A DNA stretch of 64,000 nt from an uncultured Gammaproteobacteria bacterium (GTDB lineage Bacteria > Pseudomonadota > Gammaproteobacteria > GCA-001735895): the NCBI GenBank assembly GCA_963835795.1, contig CAWIHJ010000087.1, forward strand, positions 735-64,734, read 5' to 3'. Shown here piece by piece: positions 50,416-63,149 of this stretch. The position numbers and the translations under genes were made by a program. Under the pieces are notes generated by a model that was given only the letters and a program-made list of their open reading frames with translations, had not been told where the DNA came from and made no database searches. The first letter of the stretch is position 1. Every line of letters begins with the position of its first letter.

Positions 50416-52407
50416 ATGACCGACACCAATCTTCCGCAAGTTCCTGATTTGGCTAAGGGTCACGATGTTTTTGCCGAAGTGGCCGGCCTCAGTAAAAAAC
50501 TGATCAGCGAAATGCTGGTGCGCATGATTGAAAGCGCAGAAGATTACCACAACTGGAGCCTGTCTGACGAAGATGGTGCGCGCATGATCAAGTTGATCAA
50601 GCACAAGCAGCGCATTATCTGCTCCTCCTTTTCATTCCAGCACAATCGGCATTTTGCCGATTTCAAATCGTCCGACGGTTCCGCAAACACCGAATCCGGA
50701 GTGCATGACTGGCAGCGCTTTGGGCTGTCGGGTGCCAACGACTCTGCCGAGATCTCTGAACTCGAAGCCATTACCACGCGCTATCACGAAGCCTTCAAGG
50801 AATTCGATCGCTGTATCCTGAAGCGCTTGCAAACCTGTGTCCGACGCTCGCGCGCAAGCATTTACGACAATCCATTGCAGGTCAAACGTTTGATCGAATC
50901 CTTTCGATACGCGATTAACAGCCTCAATCTTGAACTCAGTTACAAGCTTGCCCTGTATCGGCTGTTTGCCGACCGCTTCATCGAATCGCTCGGCCCGCTA
51001 TACCGGCGCATCGATCAACTGTTAATCGACCAGGGTATGGCGCCGGAGATTGGAGCGGCACGCATTCATTTGCGCAACTCCGAAGGCTTGAGTGAGTCCA
51101 GTTCGGCGCTGAAGCTGGATCAAAGTGCCTGCAAGTTGCTGCTGGTCCAGCAGTTCAAGGAAAAATCGCGCGTTTCCAACAGCAGTAGTCACAATTACTT
51201 CCCCGATCTGAAACAGCAGTTTTCAAGCTACGGCATTAACGACTATGACGAGCAGATCGATCAGCTCAACCTGATTTTCAAACTGATCTTCGAAGACGAA
51301 GATTTGCCATCGCCGGTTAAACAGCAACTGGCGCGTTTACAGATTTACGTATTCATTACGGCAATCCAGGAAGACGGTTTTCTGCGTCGCTCGAGCAATC
51401 CGGCACGGCGCCTGCTCGATGGCATCGTCAGCAGCGAAGTCGAAATTGCCGGCCACAACGACAGTGAATTTTCCGGGGTGCGCTTTATCCGCGAGCACAT
51501 CGACAACATGGCCAGCCTGCAGTTCATCACGGTAGACCACTACTCGCAAATGCTCGACGGCTACCAGACCTTCGTTAAGGAGAACGGGATGGCGATTCGA
51601 CGCCAGCGCAAACTCGAAGCCACGCGCAAGGTTTTGCCACTGGTCAAGGAACGCCTCGCGGAAATTACCCAGCCATTGCGTATCCAGGGCACTCCAATGA
51701 TTCTCTTCGAGAAAGTCTGGTTACCCTTGCTGGTGCAAATCGCCCTGCAGAAAGGCATGGATTCCGACCCCTGGCATAAATCCATCGCCATGGTGCAAAA
51801 GCAGGTCTGGTCGCTGATTCCCAAGACGAACCCGCAGGAGCAGTCAGACTTAATCGAAGTGCTGCCACAGGTGGCGCATTCCCTGCACCGCGCGATGCGC
51901 AGCCTGAAACTGGCGGAACCCCTGCAACAGTCGTTACGCGATTTTCTCAAGCTGGAACAACAAAATGTGGCCGAGCAAACCGCGCGCAATATCATCGCGG
52001 CCAAGCGCAAAACCCGTTCGCTGGCGGCACAATCCTTCGCCTCGGAGGACGATACCAGCGAATTCGATGCGATGATGGAAACCGGCGTCTTCCAGATTCC
52101 GACCGACATGTTGAATGCCTTCAAATCGGCCAAACCTGAACCCGCGAAGAAAATCGATCAGGTTGCAGCGCTGACCGTTGGTGAATGGGTGAATTACGGC
52201 AGGGATCAGGATCGCAAACTGGTCAAGCTGGCGTGGAAATCCGAAGATGCGTCGCTGTTCATTTTTGTCGATCGCGACGGTAAACGGGTGTGTGAAGTGG
52301 ATTCGGTAAAACTGGAGCACCAGTTTCAATCGGGTGAGTTTTCGCTGATCGGCGCCAAAACAGTCGATGCCACGAAATCCCAGTCCAGTTTTATGAAAAC
52401 CCTTTAG
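50416..52407 (+). CDS. DUF1631-family protein
   Basis: IFEDEDLP..K..LARLQ..F....NPARRLL; C-terminal VGEWV..KLAW..FIFVDRDG.R. Confidence 0.7.
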   Translation: MTDTNLPQVPDLAKGHDVFAEVAGLSKKLISEMLVRMIESAEDYHNWSLSDEDGARMIKLIKHKQRIICSSFSFQHNRHFADFKSSDGSANTESGVHDWQRFGLSGANDSAEISELEAITTRYHEAFKEFDRCILKRLQTCVRRSRASIYDNPLQVKRLIESFRYAINSLNLELSYKLALYRLFADRFIESLGPLYRRIDQLLIDQGMAPEIGAARIHLRNSEGLSESSSALKLDQSACKLLLVQQFKEKSRVSNSSSHNYFPDLKQQFSSYGINDYDEQIDQLNLIFKLIFEDEDLPSPVKQQLARLQIYVFITAIQEDGFLRRSSNPARRLLDGIVSSEVEIAGHNDSEFSGVRFIREHIDNMASLQFITVDHYSQMLDGYQTFVKENGMAIRRQRKLEATRKVLPLVKERLAEITQPLRIQGTPMILFEKVWLPLLVQIALQKGMDSDPWHKSIAMVQKQVWSLIPKTNPQEQSDLIEVLPQVAHSLHRAMRSLKLAEPLQQSLRDFLKLEQQNVAEQTARNIIAAKRKTRSLAAQSFASEDDTSEFDAMMETGVFQIPTDMLNAFKSAKPEPAKKIDQVAALTVGEWVNYGRDQDRKLVKLAWKSEDASLFIFVDRDGKRVCEVDSVKLEHQFQSGEFSLIGAKTVDATKSQSSFMKTL

Positions 52408-52442
52408 CTCTCAGACCCAACGAGCGCAATACCCAGGTTCGA

Positions 52443-53697
52443 TTAAACGCCCAGCAACAATCGCGCCGGATCTTCCAGCACATTCTTGATGGTTACCAGA
52501 AACTGCACCGCTTCCTTGCCGTCGACGATCCGATGATCGTAACTCAAGGCCAGGTACATCATCGGCCGCACCACGATTTCGCCATCGATAACCACCGCGC
52601 GCTGCATAATCGAGTGCATGCCGAGAATGGCTGACTGCGGCGGGTTCAGAATCGGCGTCGACAACATCGAACCGAAGATCCCACCGTTAGTGATGCTGAA
52701 AGTACCCCCGGTCAACTCCTCGATGCCCAGCTTGCCGTCGCGCGCGCGTAGCCCCAGGTCACGGATAGTTTTTTCAATATCGGCATAACTCATCTGATCG
52801 ACATCCCGCAGAACGGGTACTACCAGTCCGCGCTCGGAACTCACCGCGATTCCGATGTCAAAATAATCGTGATAAACGATGTCTTTGCCATCGACCGATG
52901 CATTCACCGCCGGGAAGCGCTTCAGGGCTTCTACCGACGCAGCGGTAAAAAAGGACATCATTCCCAGCTTTACGCCATGCGCCTTTTCGAATGCGTCGCG
53001 GTAGGCGGCGCGGGAATCCATCAGTGGTTTCAGGTTGACTTCATTGAAAGTGGTCAACATCGCGGCGGTGTTCTGGGCTTCCTTGAGACGCTCGGCGATC
53101 TTGGCGCGCAAGCGACTCATCGGCACGCGACGATCGTTGCGCCCGCCGGCGGGAATGGGTGCTGCTGCCGGGGTCGCCGCTTTGGCTGGTGCTGCCGCAG
53201 GAGCATCGTCTGGCGCCGGCGCAGATTGCGCTCGCCAGGTGTTTTTCCACATCGCTTTTCAGAACCGCGCCTTTCTTGCCGGTTCCCTTGATGTCGTCGA
53301 CCTTGAGATTATTTTCGTTCAGCAGTTTGCGCACCGCAGGGCTGGCCTTGCCACTAGCGGAACTCTCGGCATCGACCTCTGCTTCTTCTTCTTCGGCAGG
53401 TGCTGCTGCTTCTTCTTCGGCAGGTGCTGCTTCGTCGCTGTCGCCCGCGCCTGCTGCCGCCTCTGTATTGATCACCCCGAGCACATCGCCATTTTTAACC
53501 ACGGCGCCGCTTTCATGGGCAATCGATTCAAGCACGCCGGCTTTACTGGCGACAATTTCGAGTACCACCTTGTCGGTTTCCAGATCGACGATATTCTCGT
53601 CAACCGCAACGCTGTCGCCGACCTTCTTGTGCCAGTCTCCCAGGGTGCCCTCGGTGACGGATTCTGGTAGCTGGGGTACCTTGATTTCAACCTGCAT
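52443..53697 (-). CDS. sucB: 2-oxoglutarate dehydrogenase E2 (frameshift near 53232)
   Basis: Lipoyl [37 protein letters not shown]. Confidence 0.94.
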
Positions 53698-53732
53698 TGT
53701 GTGCTCCAGTGGTATTTAAGTTTTTAATTGGA

Positions 53733-56560
53733 TTATTCGAGTTTATCCGAGTATTCGGCTTCAAAGGCTTCCTTGACCAGCTTTTCTTCCTGCTGGAGGT
53801 GCAACGCCATGTAACCGACCGCCGGCGATGCCGCCGATATTCGACCCGAGTATTGGACCCGCAGCGGCGTGAAGATTTCATTCAGGCGGCTCTTGAATTC
53901 ACGGAACATTCCCTGGTTGCGCGGTTCATCCTGGCACCAGACGACATTTTCCAGCGCCGGATAGCGAGCATAAATATCGCTCAGATCCTGCTTCGGAAAC
54001 GGGTACAGTTGCTCGACCCGCACGATCGCAGTGCTGTCGTCGTAGCTTGCCTCACGCGATTCGTAGAGCTTGTAGTAAATCTTGCCGCTGCACAGAATCA
54101 GGCGTTTCACCGCGGCATCATCGATATCATCGATTTCGGGAATCACTTTCAGGAACTCGCCTTCACTGTAGGCGTCCAGCGTCGATACCGCACGCTCGTG
54201 ACGCAACAGGCTCTTGGGGCTCAGCACGATTAACGGTTTGCGGAAATTGCACATCATCTGCGTGCGCAACAGGTGGAAGATCTGTGCCGGCAGAGTCGGC
54301 TGCACGACGCGCATGTTGTGTTGCGCACAGAGTTCCAGGTAGCGTTCGATACGCGCCGAGGAATGCTCTGGCCCCTGTCCTTCGTAACCGTGTGGCAACA
54401 GCATTACCAGTCCACTGAGCCGGCTCCATTTCATTTCACCCGAACTGATGAACTGATCGATGACCACCTGGGCGCCGTTGGCGAAGTCACCAAACTGCGC
54501 TTCCCAGATCACCAGGGTTTTCGGATCGGTCGACGAATAACCATACTCGAAGCCGAGCACGGCCTCCTCGGAGAGAAACGAATTGATGACCTCGAAGCGC
54601 GGTTGCGGATCGGCAATGTGTTTCAGCGGCTTATAGATCTGGCCGGTCTCCTGGTGATGCAGCGCCGCGTGCCGATGGAAAAAGGTACCACGCTCGCTGT
54701 CCTGGCCGGACAATCGAATGTTGTAACCATCGTCCAGCAAAGTGGCGTAGGCCAGGTTCTCGGCAAAACCCCAGTCACCGGGGAGTTCACCGTCCATCAT
54801 TTTCTGCCGGTTTTCCATGATCTTGGCCACTCGAGGGTGCAGCTTGAAACCTTTCGGCAGCGTCAGGATGCTGTTACCCAGTTGCTGAATCTTTTCCGCC
54901 GTAACCGCGGTTCCCGGGGTGATATTGACGTCACCGTCATGCAATCCTGCCCAGTCGCGTGCGGTTGTCGGTTCCAGCCCGGAAATTACATTCAACGCAA
55001 CCGCGCCGCCCTCTTCCAGCGCGCGCCGGTAGTCGGCAATCATCTCGTCCACTTTCTCGCGCGTGGTAAAGCCTTCCTTGATCAAACGTTCGGCGTGCAG
55101 ATCAACCAGGCGCGGGTGTTTGCGAATCGCCTGGTACATCAACGGCTGGGTAACCGCCGGTTCGTCGGCCTCGTTGTGACCATAGCGTCGGTAGCACACC
55201 ATGTCGATGACAACGTCCTGCTGAAAGGTCTCACGATACTTGATGGCGATCTCGGCGATAAACACGCAGGCCTCTGGATCGTCGCCATTTACATGAAAAA
55301 TAGGTGCCTGCACAATGCGTGCGACCTCGGTGCAATACAGTGACGATCGCAGATCGCGTGGATTACTGGTGGTAAAACCGATCTGGTTATTGACGATGAT
55401 GTGAATCGTACCACCGGTCTTGTAACCGCGCGTTTTACACATATTGAAGGTTTCCATGACGACACCCTGGCCGGCAAAGGCCGAGTCGCCGTGAATCAGT
55501 ACGGGTAATACGTCACGCGTAGTGCGATCCGGGAAGCGCCGCTGACGGGCGCGCACCGAACCTTCAACTACCGGATCAACGATTTCGAGGTGCGACGGAT
55601 TGAACGCCAGCGCGAGGTGCATCGGTCCGGAATCGGTATAAATATCGGAAGAAAACCCCTGGTGATACTTGACGTCGTAGTTATACCGTTCGTCCATGTC
55701 GACATTGCCTTCGAATTCGTCGAACAGATCGCTCGGCATCTTGCCGAATATGTTGGTGAGCACGTTGAGTCGCCCGCGATGCGCCATGCCGATGACCACT
55801 TCGTGAGTACTGGTCACACCCGCCTGCTGGACCACGCGGTCGAGGATCGGAATCAGCGACTCGCCACCTTCGAGCGAAAAACGCTTTTGCCCGATGTAGC
55901 GGGTGTGCAGGTATTTTTCCAGGTTCTCCGCGGCGATGATGCGATCGAAGATACGATTGCGACGCCCTTCTCTGAAATCCGGTGTCGCCAGCGAGGTTTC
56001 GATCTGCACCTGGATCCAGCGTTTCTGAGCGCGATCCTCGATGTGCATGTATTCCAGGCCAATCGTACCGCAATAGGTTTTTTCGAGTCGTTCGATGATG
56101 TCGCGCAACGGCGCTTCGTCGACCCCGAACAACGAACCCGTCTTGAACACGGTATCGAGATCAGCTTCGCCGAGGTCGTTGCCCTGCAGGGTCATTTCCG
56201 GAATTATCCGGCATCTGGCGCAAGCCCCAGCGGGTCGAGGTCGGCCTTTTGATGCCCCTTGACGCGATAGGCGTTGATCAATTGCAGCACCCTGACCTGC
56301 TTGGCCTCGTGCTCATTCGACACCGCATCGCTCACACCGTTACCGCGGCGCTTGTTCAACACCGCCAATTTCATTTGCGCCTGGATTTCCAGGTGATCCT
56401 GGTCCGGGGTCAGTTCGCCATTTTTGAGCTCGGCAAACCAGTTACGCCAATTTTCGTCAACGCTGTCGGCATCGTGCAGATATCTCGAGTAAAGTTCCTC
56501 GATGAATGCAGCGTTACTTCCATGAAGATAACTTTGTTGCTGCATCTTCTTCATGCTCAT
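53733..56560 (-). CDS. sucA: 2-oxoglutarate dehydrogenase E1 (frameshift near 56200)
   Basis: N-terminal NAAFIEELY..LINAYR.KGH..LDPL in one frame; KRFSLEG, GMAHRGRLN, HGDSAFAGQG, WEAQFGDF in the next. Confidence 0.95.
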
Positions 56561-56786
56561 GATTGCTTACCTGTGGGCTTGATCGTGGGTCGATGAATTA
56601 ACAATTATTCGCAACATAATAGCGGAACTGGCTGTATTAAAAAGCAATTTATTCGGCGACGCTGTCGTTTGCAGGCCTCGTTAATGCAGCAATACTAATT
56701 GATTCGCCAATTTGATGGCAAATGAAGGTGTTTTTAATTCCAGCGGCGCTGGTAGAATACGCCCTTTTCCGGGCTGGAAGGCTTGT

Positions 56787-58459
<1,673 letters not shown>

Positions 58460-58460
<1 letters not shown>

Positions 58461-59300
58461 TGAGCGATCTGGACAAATTGTTCAAGCGCCTCGATCTGCT
58501 GCTCGACCGCGTCGAAACCCTGCTGCCCGGCAAGCTCGAAATCGACACCAAACCTGGATTCAGCGCCTATCGCTGGTCAAACGGCGGGCTCCACGGCATT
58601 GACCAGATCGACCTGGTCGACAAGGCCGAGTTGCTCCACCTGGAACGCCAGCAAAACCTGTTGTTGCGCAACACGGCACAATTTCTCGACGGCAAAGCCT
58701 GCTAACAATGCGCTGCTGTGGGGCGCGCGCGGCACCGGCAAATCGTCCCTGATCAAGGCGCAGTTGACCGAATTCATGGATCGCGGCCTGTGCATCGTCG
58801 AAATCCCCAAGGCGGCGACCGGCGAACTGTTCGATATCATTCACCAGCTGGCCGATGATGGGCGTAAATTCATCATCTACCTGGACGATTTATCCTTTGA
58901 GGCCAACGACGATTCCTACAAGGCGCTGAAAGCCTGTCTCGAAGGTTCGCTGCAACCGCAACCCGACAACGTCGTCATCTATGCCACTTCGAATCGACGC
59001 CACCTGATGCCAGAGTCGATGCAGGACAACCTCGACAGCCGCATGGTCGAAGGTCAGTTGCACCCGAGCGACAGCATCGAGGAAAAGATTTCGCTCTCCG
59101 ACCGCTTCGGCCTGTGGCTATCCTTCCACCCATTTACCCAGGATCAGTATCTCGCGGTGGTGGAGCAGACTCTGCGTGCCCGCAACTTCGAAATGAACGA
59201 AGACGCGCGCCTCGAGGCGGTGCGCTACGCCACCCAGCGCGGTTCACGCAGCGGGCGCATCGCGGTACAGTTCGCCGCCTATTGGGCAAGCCTGAAGTAA
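58460..59300 (+). CDS. DUF815-family AAA+ ATPase (frameshift near 58698)
   Basis: PANNALLWGARGTGKSS, YLDDLSF, YATSNRRHL, EEKISLSDRFGLWL, RSGR.A.QF. Confidence 0.88.
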
Positions 59301-59355
59301 GCTCGCCGTTACCTGAACTCAATATCCCGATAAGTCGAAGCGGCGCGCACCATAC

Positions 59356-59557
59356 CGTCATTCGGCGTAGGCGATAGCATTTTGATAGCGCCATTGTCAT
59401 GAGATTCCGGCGTACGCAGGAATGACTTCCTAAACCCGTCGTCCCCACCCCTTTTCGTCATCCCCGCGCAAGCGGGGATCTTACGATGCGCCATTGTTGC
59501 AAGATTCCAGCCTGCGCCGGTCCGACGTATCGGGCGGTCCGACGATTCGGAATGACG
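59356..59557. repeat. GTCATYCCCGCG-family palindromic repeat cluster between convergent genes
   Basis: CGTCATCCCCGCGCAAGCGGGGATC, GATTCCGGCGTACGCAGGAATGAC, CCGACGTATCGG, GGAATGACG. Confidence 0.8.
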
Positions 59558-59573
59558 GAAAGGCGGTCAGGGC

Positions 59574-61055
59574 TCAGCGCATGACGAAAGGGTTCGCCAT
59601 GGGTTCGGTCGAGGTATTGATCCATACGGTTTTGGTGCGCGTGTAATCGTAGATCGTATCGATGCCACTCTCGCGTCCGGGACCGCTGTTCTTGAAACCG
59701 CCGAACGGTGCAATCGGCGATACCGCGCGATAGGTATTGACCCAGACGATACCCGAGTGAATCGCATCGGATACGCGTAACGCGCGCGCGACGTTCGAAG
59801 TGAACACCCCGGAACCAAGGCCGAATTCCGAATTGTTGGCCATTTCGATGCCCTCTTCCTCGGTTTCAAAACTGAGTGCCGACAGGATCGGGCCGAACAT
59901 TTCTTCGCGTACCGTACGGATGTCCTGGTGCGGGCAATCGAGTATCGTCGGCGTGTAATACCAGCCCGTATCGAAACCTTCGGGACGTTTGCCACCGTAC
60001 AGCAGCGTCGCGCCTTCGCGCACGGCATCTTCCACCGACTCGCTGATGTGATCGAGTTGGGCACGCGTACACAGCGGCCCGACCTGGGTTTCATCGGCCA
60101 GCGGATCACCGATACAGATCTGCCCGGCGCGCTCGACCAGCTTGTCAAGAATCTGCTGGCGGATACCGGACTGGATAATCACCCGCGAACCCGCCACACA
60201 GCTTTGCCCGGTCGCGCCGAAATTGCCGGCGATGATACCGTTGACCGCGCCTTCGATGTCGGCGTCATCAAACACCAGAATCGGTGACTTGCCGCCGAGT
60301 TCCAGCGATACCACGGCAAAATTCTCGGCACTGTTACGCACGATATGACGGGCGGTTTGTGGTCCACCGGTAAACGCCACTCGCGCCACATCCGGATGAC
60401 TGGTCAACAGTCGTCCACAGGGCTCACCATAACCGGTAATCACATTAACTACGCCGGGCGGAAATCCGGCTTCCTCGACGATGCGCGCAAATTCGAACAT
60501 CGGCGCAGGCGCCATCTCCGAAGCCTTCAGCACCACCGTGTTACCGGCGGCAAGCGCCGGACCGAGCTTGGTGGCGGTGAGGAACATCTGTGCGTTCCAC
60601 GGCACTACCGCCGCAACCACGCCAATTGGCACGCGCCTGGTAAACACGTGCATATCCGGTTTATCAATCGGTAGCGTAGCGCCCTGAATCTTGTCAGCCA
60701 GGCCCGCGTAATAGTAATAGTAGTCCGCCACGTAACCGGATTGCGCGCGCGTTTCCTTGGCCAGCTTGCCGCTGTCGATGGTTTCGATTTCACCCAGCAT
60801 GGCTGCATTTTCGGCAACCAGGTCACCGAGACGGTGTAACATCTTGCCACGCTGGGTGGCGTTCATCTGCGCCCAGGGCCCGGAAGTCAGTGCGCGACTG
60901 GCAGCCGCTACCGCTCGATTCACCTCGGCTTCACCTGCGATGGCGGCGGTCGCCCAGACTTCACCGGTCGCCGGGTTGATGGATTCGAGGCGGGCACCAT
61001 CAGTTGCATCAACCCATTCCCCATCGATATACATTTGGTAGTGTTTCATTCGCAT
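59574..61055 (-). CDS. Aldehyde dehydrogenase family protein
   Basis: PWNAQ, FTGG, LELGGKSP, GQSCVAGSR, EEMFGP, PFGGFKNSG. Confidence 0.92.
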   Translation of the reverse strand: MRMKHYQMYIDGEWVDATDGARLESINPATGEVWATAAIAGEAEVNRAVAAASRALTSGPWAQMNATQRGKMLHRLGDLVAENAAMLGEIETIDSGKLAKETRAQSGYVADYYYYYAGLADKIQGATLPIDKPDMHVFTRRVPIGVVAAVVPWNAQMFLTATKLGPALAAGNTVVLKASEMAPAPMFEFARIVEEAGFPPGVVNVITGYGEPCGRLLTSHPDVARVAFTGGPQTARHIVRNSAENFAVVSLELGGKSPILVFDDADIEGAVNGIIAGNFGATGQSCVAGSRVIIQSGIRQQILDKLVERAGQICIGDPLADETQVGPLCTRAQLDHISESVEDAVREGATLLYGGKRPEGFDTGWYYTPTILDCPHQDIRTVREEMFGPILSALSFETEEEGIEMANNSEFGLGSGVFTSNVARALRVSDAIHSGIVWVNTYRAVSPIAPFGGFKNSGPGRESGIDTIYDYTRTKTVWINTSTEPMANPFVMR

Positions 61056-61169
61056 ATTCCGCTGATCAATATGGCGCAAAGACTAGCGTTAAATGCGTTT
61101 TGATAAAAGCGAAAAAGGGTAAATGAAGGTAACATGCGCGCTGACTCTGGCCTCTGGATTCGATTCAAC

Positions 61170-61880
61170 ATGGCAAATCTGCTGCCCTTGCAACAACCCA
61201 ACCCGAAAGCGGAAGCAGCACTGCTGCGTCATCGCCAGGCTATTGAACGTACGCTGGTCAACCACGACTACGCCTACGACAGCGACGCCCTGCTCGATCT
61301 CAAAATGAAATGGATGGCGGCCGAATGTGAAATGGTACTGGACGTCGGTCAATCAACGCGCGAGCGCTGCGAGCTGTTCGCAAACGATCGTATCGAAACC
61401 ATGGAAGTCAATCGCAGCGAACCGCTCGCCGACATTATCGACGATATTTGTGCACCGAATCGCCTGCAGCCAGGGCGCTACGATGGCATGGTCTGCCTGT
61501 CAGTTCTCGAACACGTCTACGACCCGTTTGCCGCCATGCGCCACATGCACAATCTGTTACAACCGAATGGCTATCTGCTGTTGCACCTGCCATTTCTGTT
61601 CCGCTACCACGCACCGGCTAACCTGCAATTTACCGACAGCTATCGCTTCAGCCGCGATGGCCTGGCCTGGATGCTGCGCGATTTTTCGGAAGTCACCCTG
61701 TACTCCGTACGCGGGCCCTGGTCGGCGATCTTCAATCTGCATAAACCCTGGAAAAAAAGCATCGAAAAACGTTTTGGCATGGGGCCTGCCCGCTGGGTGG
61801 ATAAACTCGCGCTGAAGCTGCGGCGACGCCCTACCAGCGAGTTGCAGGTATCCGGTTACTACGCCTGGGCCAGAAAGTAG
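61170..61880 (+). CDS. Class I SAM-dependent methyltransferase domain protein
   Basis: VLDVGQ, YDGMVCLSVLEHVYDP..LLQPNGYL..PF..YH..D.YRF. Confidence 0.78.
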   Translation: MANLLPLQQPNPKAEAALLRHRQAIERTLVNHDYAYDSDALLDLKMKWMAAECEMVLDVGQSTRERCELFANDRIETMEVNRSEPLADIIDDICAPNRLQPGRYDGMVCLSVLEHVYDPFAAMRHMHNLLQPNGYLLLHLPFLFRYHAPANLQFTDSYRFSRDGLAWMLRDFSEVTLYSVRGPWSAIFNLHKPWKKSIEKRFGMGPARWVDKLALKLRRRPTSELQVSGYYAWARK

Positions 61881-61890
61881 ACGAGATAAC

Positions 61891-61922
61891 CCTCACAAGT
61901 TGTTATTACAGTGAGGTTTTTT
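61891..61922 (+). terminator. Possible intrinsic terminator
   Basis: CCTCAC-14nt-GTGAGG followed by TTTTTT just after the methyltransferase stop. Confidence 0.35.
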
Positions 61923-62024
61923 ATCTGATACGACAATAGTGAAACTTGAATTGTGGCGCGACCTCGTGCCAATCTTTACCAATTGACCGCAGTAGGCGTC
62001 GAATCAGCGTTTGGAGCAAGACTC

Positions 62025-62492
62025 TTGGACCTCGCAGAAGAAACTGATTTACTTCGAAAAATTCCGATGTTTGCCAAGATGGAAACCTCGAAGCTTAAAT
62101 TGCTGGCCTTTGCCAGCGAGATGGTTTTCTTCGAGGATGGCGATATTGTTTTCAACAGTGGTGATACGGCTGACTACGCATACGTCATCATGGAAGGCGC
62201 GGTTGATGTCATCACTGAAACCGATAAAGGACCGGTGGTGTCGGTGACCCTGTCGCAGAACCAGTTGGTTGGCGAACTCGGTGTACTCAACAACACGCCA
62301 CGGATCGCAACGCTGATTGCAAACGGTAATTTACGCGCGATGAAGATCACCGCGGAAATGTTTTTTCGCATTTTGCGCGAAAATTCCGAGGTAGCACTGG
62401 ACGTGATTCGCATGCTCAGCGATAAACTGACCCGCACCCACGAACAGGTCGAACTGTTACAGAAACGAGCGAATCAGGAGGACCAGGAATAG
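62025..62492 (+). CDS. Stand-alone cyclic nucleotide-binding domain protein
   Basis: TTG start after GGAG; LLRKIPMF..F..GD.AD.AYVIMEG.VDV..VGELGVLNNTPRIAT (phosphate-binding cassette); no HTH. Confidence 0.88.
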   Translation: MDLAEETDLLRKIPMFAKMETSKLKLLAFASEMVFFEDGDIVFNSGDTADYAYVIMEGAVDVITETDKGPVVSVTLSQNQLVGELGVLNNTPRIATLIANGNLRAMKITAEMFFRILRENSEVALDVIRMLSDKLTRTHEQVELLQKRANQEDQE

Positions 62493-63149
62493 GTGGCTGG
62501 CGAATCCGAGCTTCTGACTCGACTCGGTCGTTTCCAGGCACTTTGGCAACGTAACCTGATCGCTGGCGCTGCGGACGACAGCAGCGCAATTCACCAACGG
62601 CTGCTTAGCGGTTACCAGGAATCACATCGGCACTATCACTCACTGACCCACATCGAGCACTGCCTCGGCATGTTCGATCAATGCAAGGCACTGGTGGAAA
62701 ATCCTGACTGGCTGGAAATCGCCATCTGGTTTCACGATGTCATCCTGGAATGCGGCAAGCGTGACAACGAAGCCTTGAGCGCGCAGCTGTACCTGGAGCT
62801 ATCGGCAGGTGCTCAATGCGACGACATGCGCAACACCATCCATGGTCTGATTATGGCGACCTTGCACGATGGCGGATCCCTGGATTTTGCCGACAGCATC
62901 TACATGGTGGATATCGATTTGTCGAGCTTCGGCCTGCCCTGGGATGATTTCCTGCGGGATAGTCTCAATCTGCGCGCGGAAAATCCTCATCTTTGCGACG
63001 CAGACTATCAACTCAACCAGACCGGGTTTCAGCGTGGGCTGTTAGCGCGGCCGCGCTTTTACCTGTCCGATTTTTTCTACACGCGTTTTGAACAGCAGGC
63101 GCGCACCAACCTGGCACGTTATTTCGACTACCTGGACAATCCAGCTTAA
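62493..63149 (+). CDS. Predicted metal-dependent HD-superfamily phosphohydrolase
   Basis: Y.E.HRHYHSLTHI, AIWFHDVI, DNEALSA, H..VDIDLS, LRAE, ARTNL; GTG directly abuts the upstream TAG. Confidence 0.85.
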   Translation: MAGESELLTRLGRFQALWQRNLIAGAADDSSAIHQRLLSGYQESHRHYHSLTHIEHCLGMFDQCKALVENPDWLEIAIWFHDVILECGKRDNEALSAQLYLELSAGAQCDDMRNTIHGLIMATLHDGGSLDFADSIYMVDIDLSSFGLPWDDFLRDSLNLRAENPHLCDADYQLNQTGFQRGLLARPRFYLSDFFYTRFEQQARTNLARYFDYLDNPA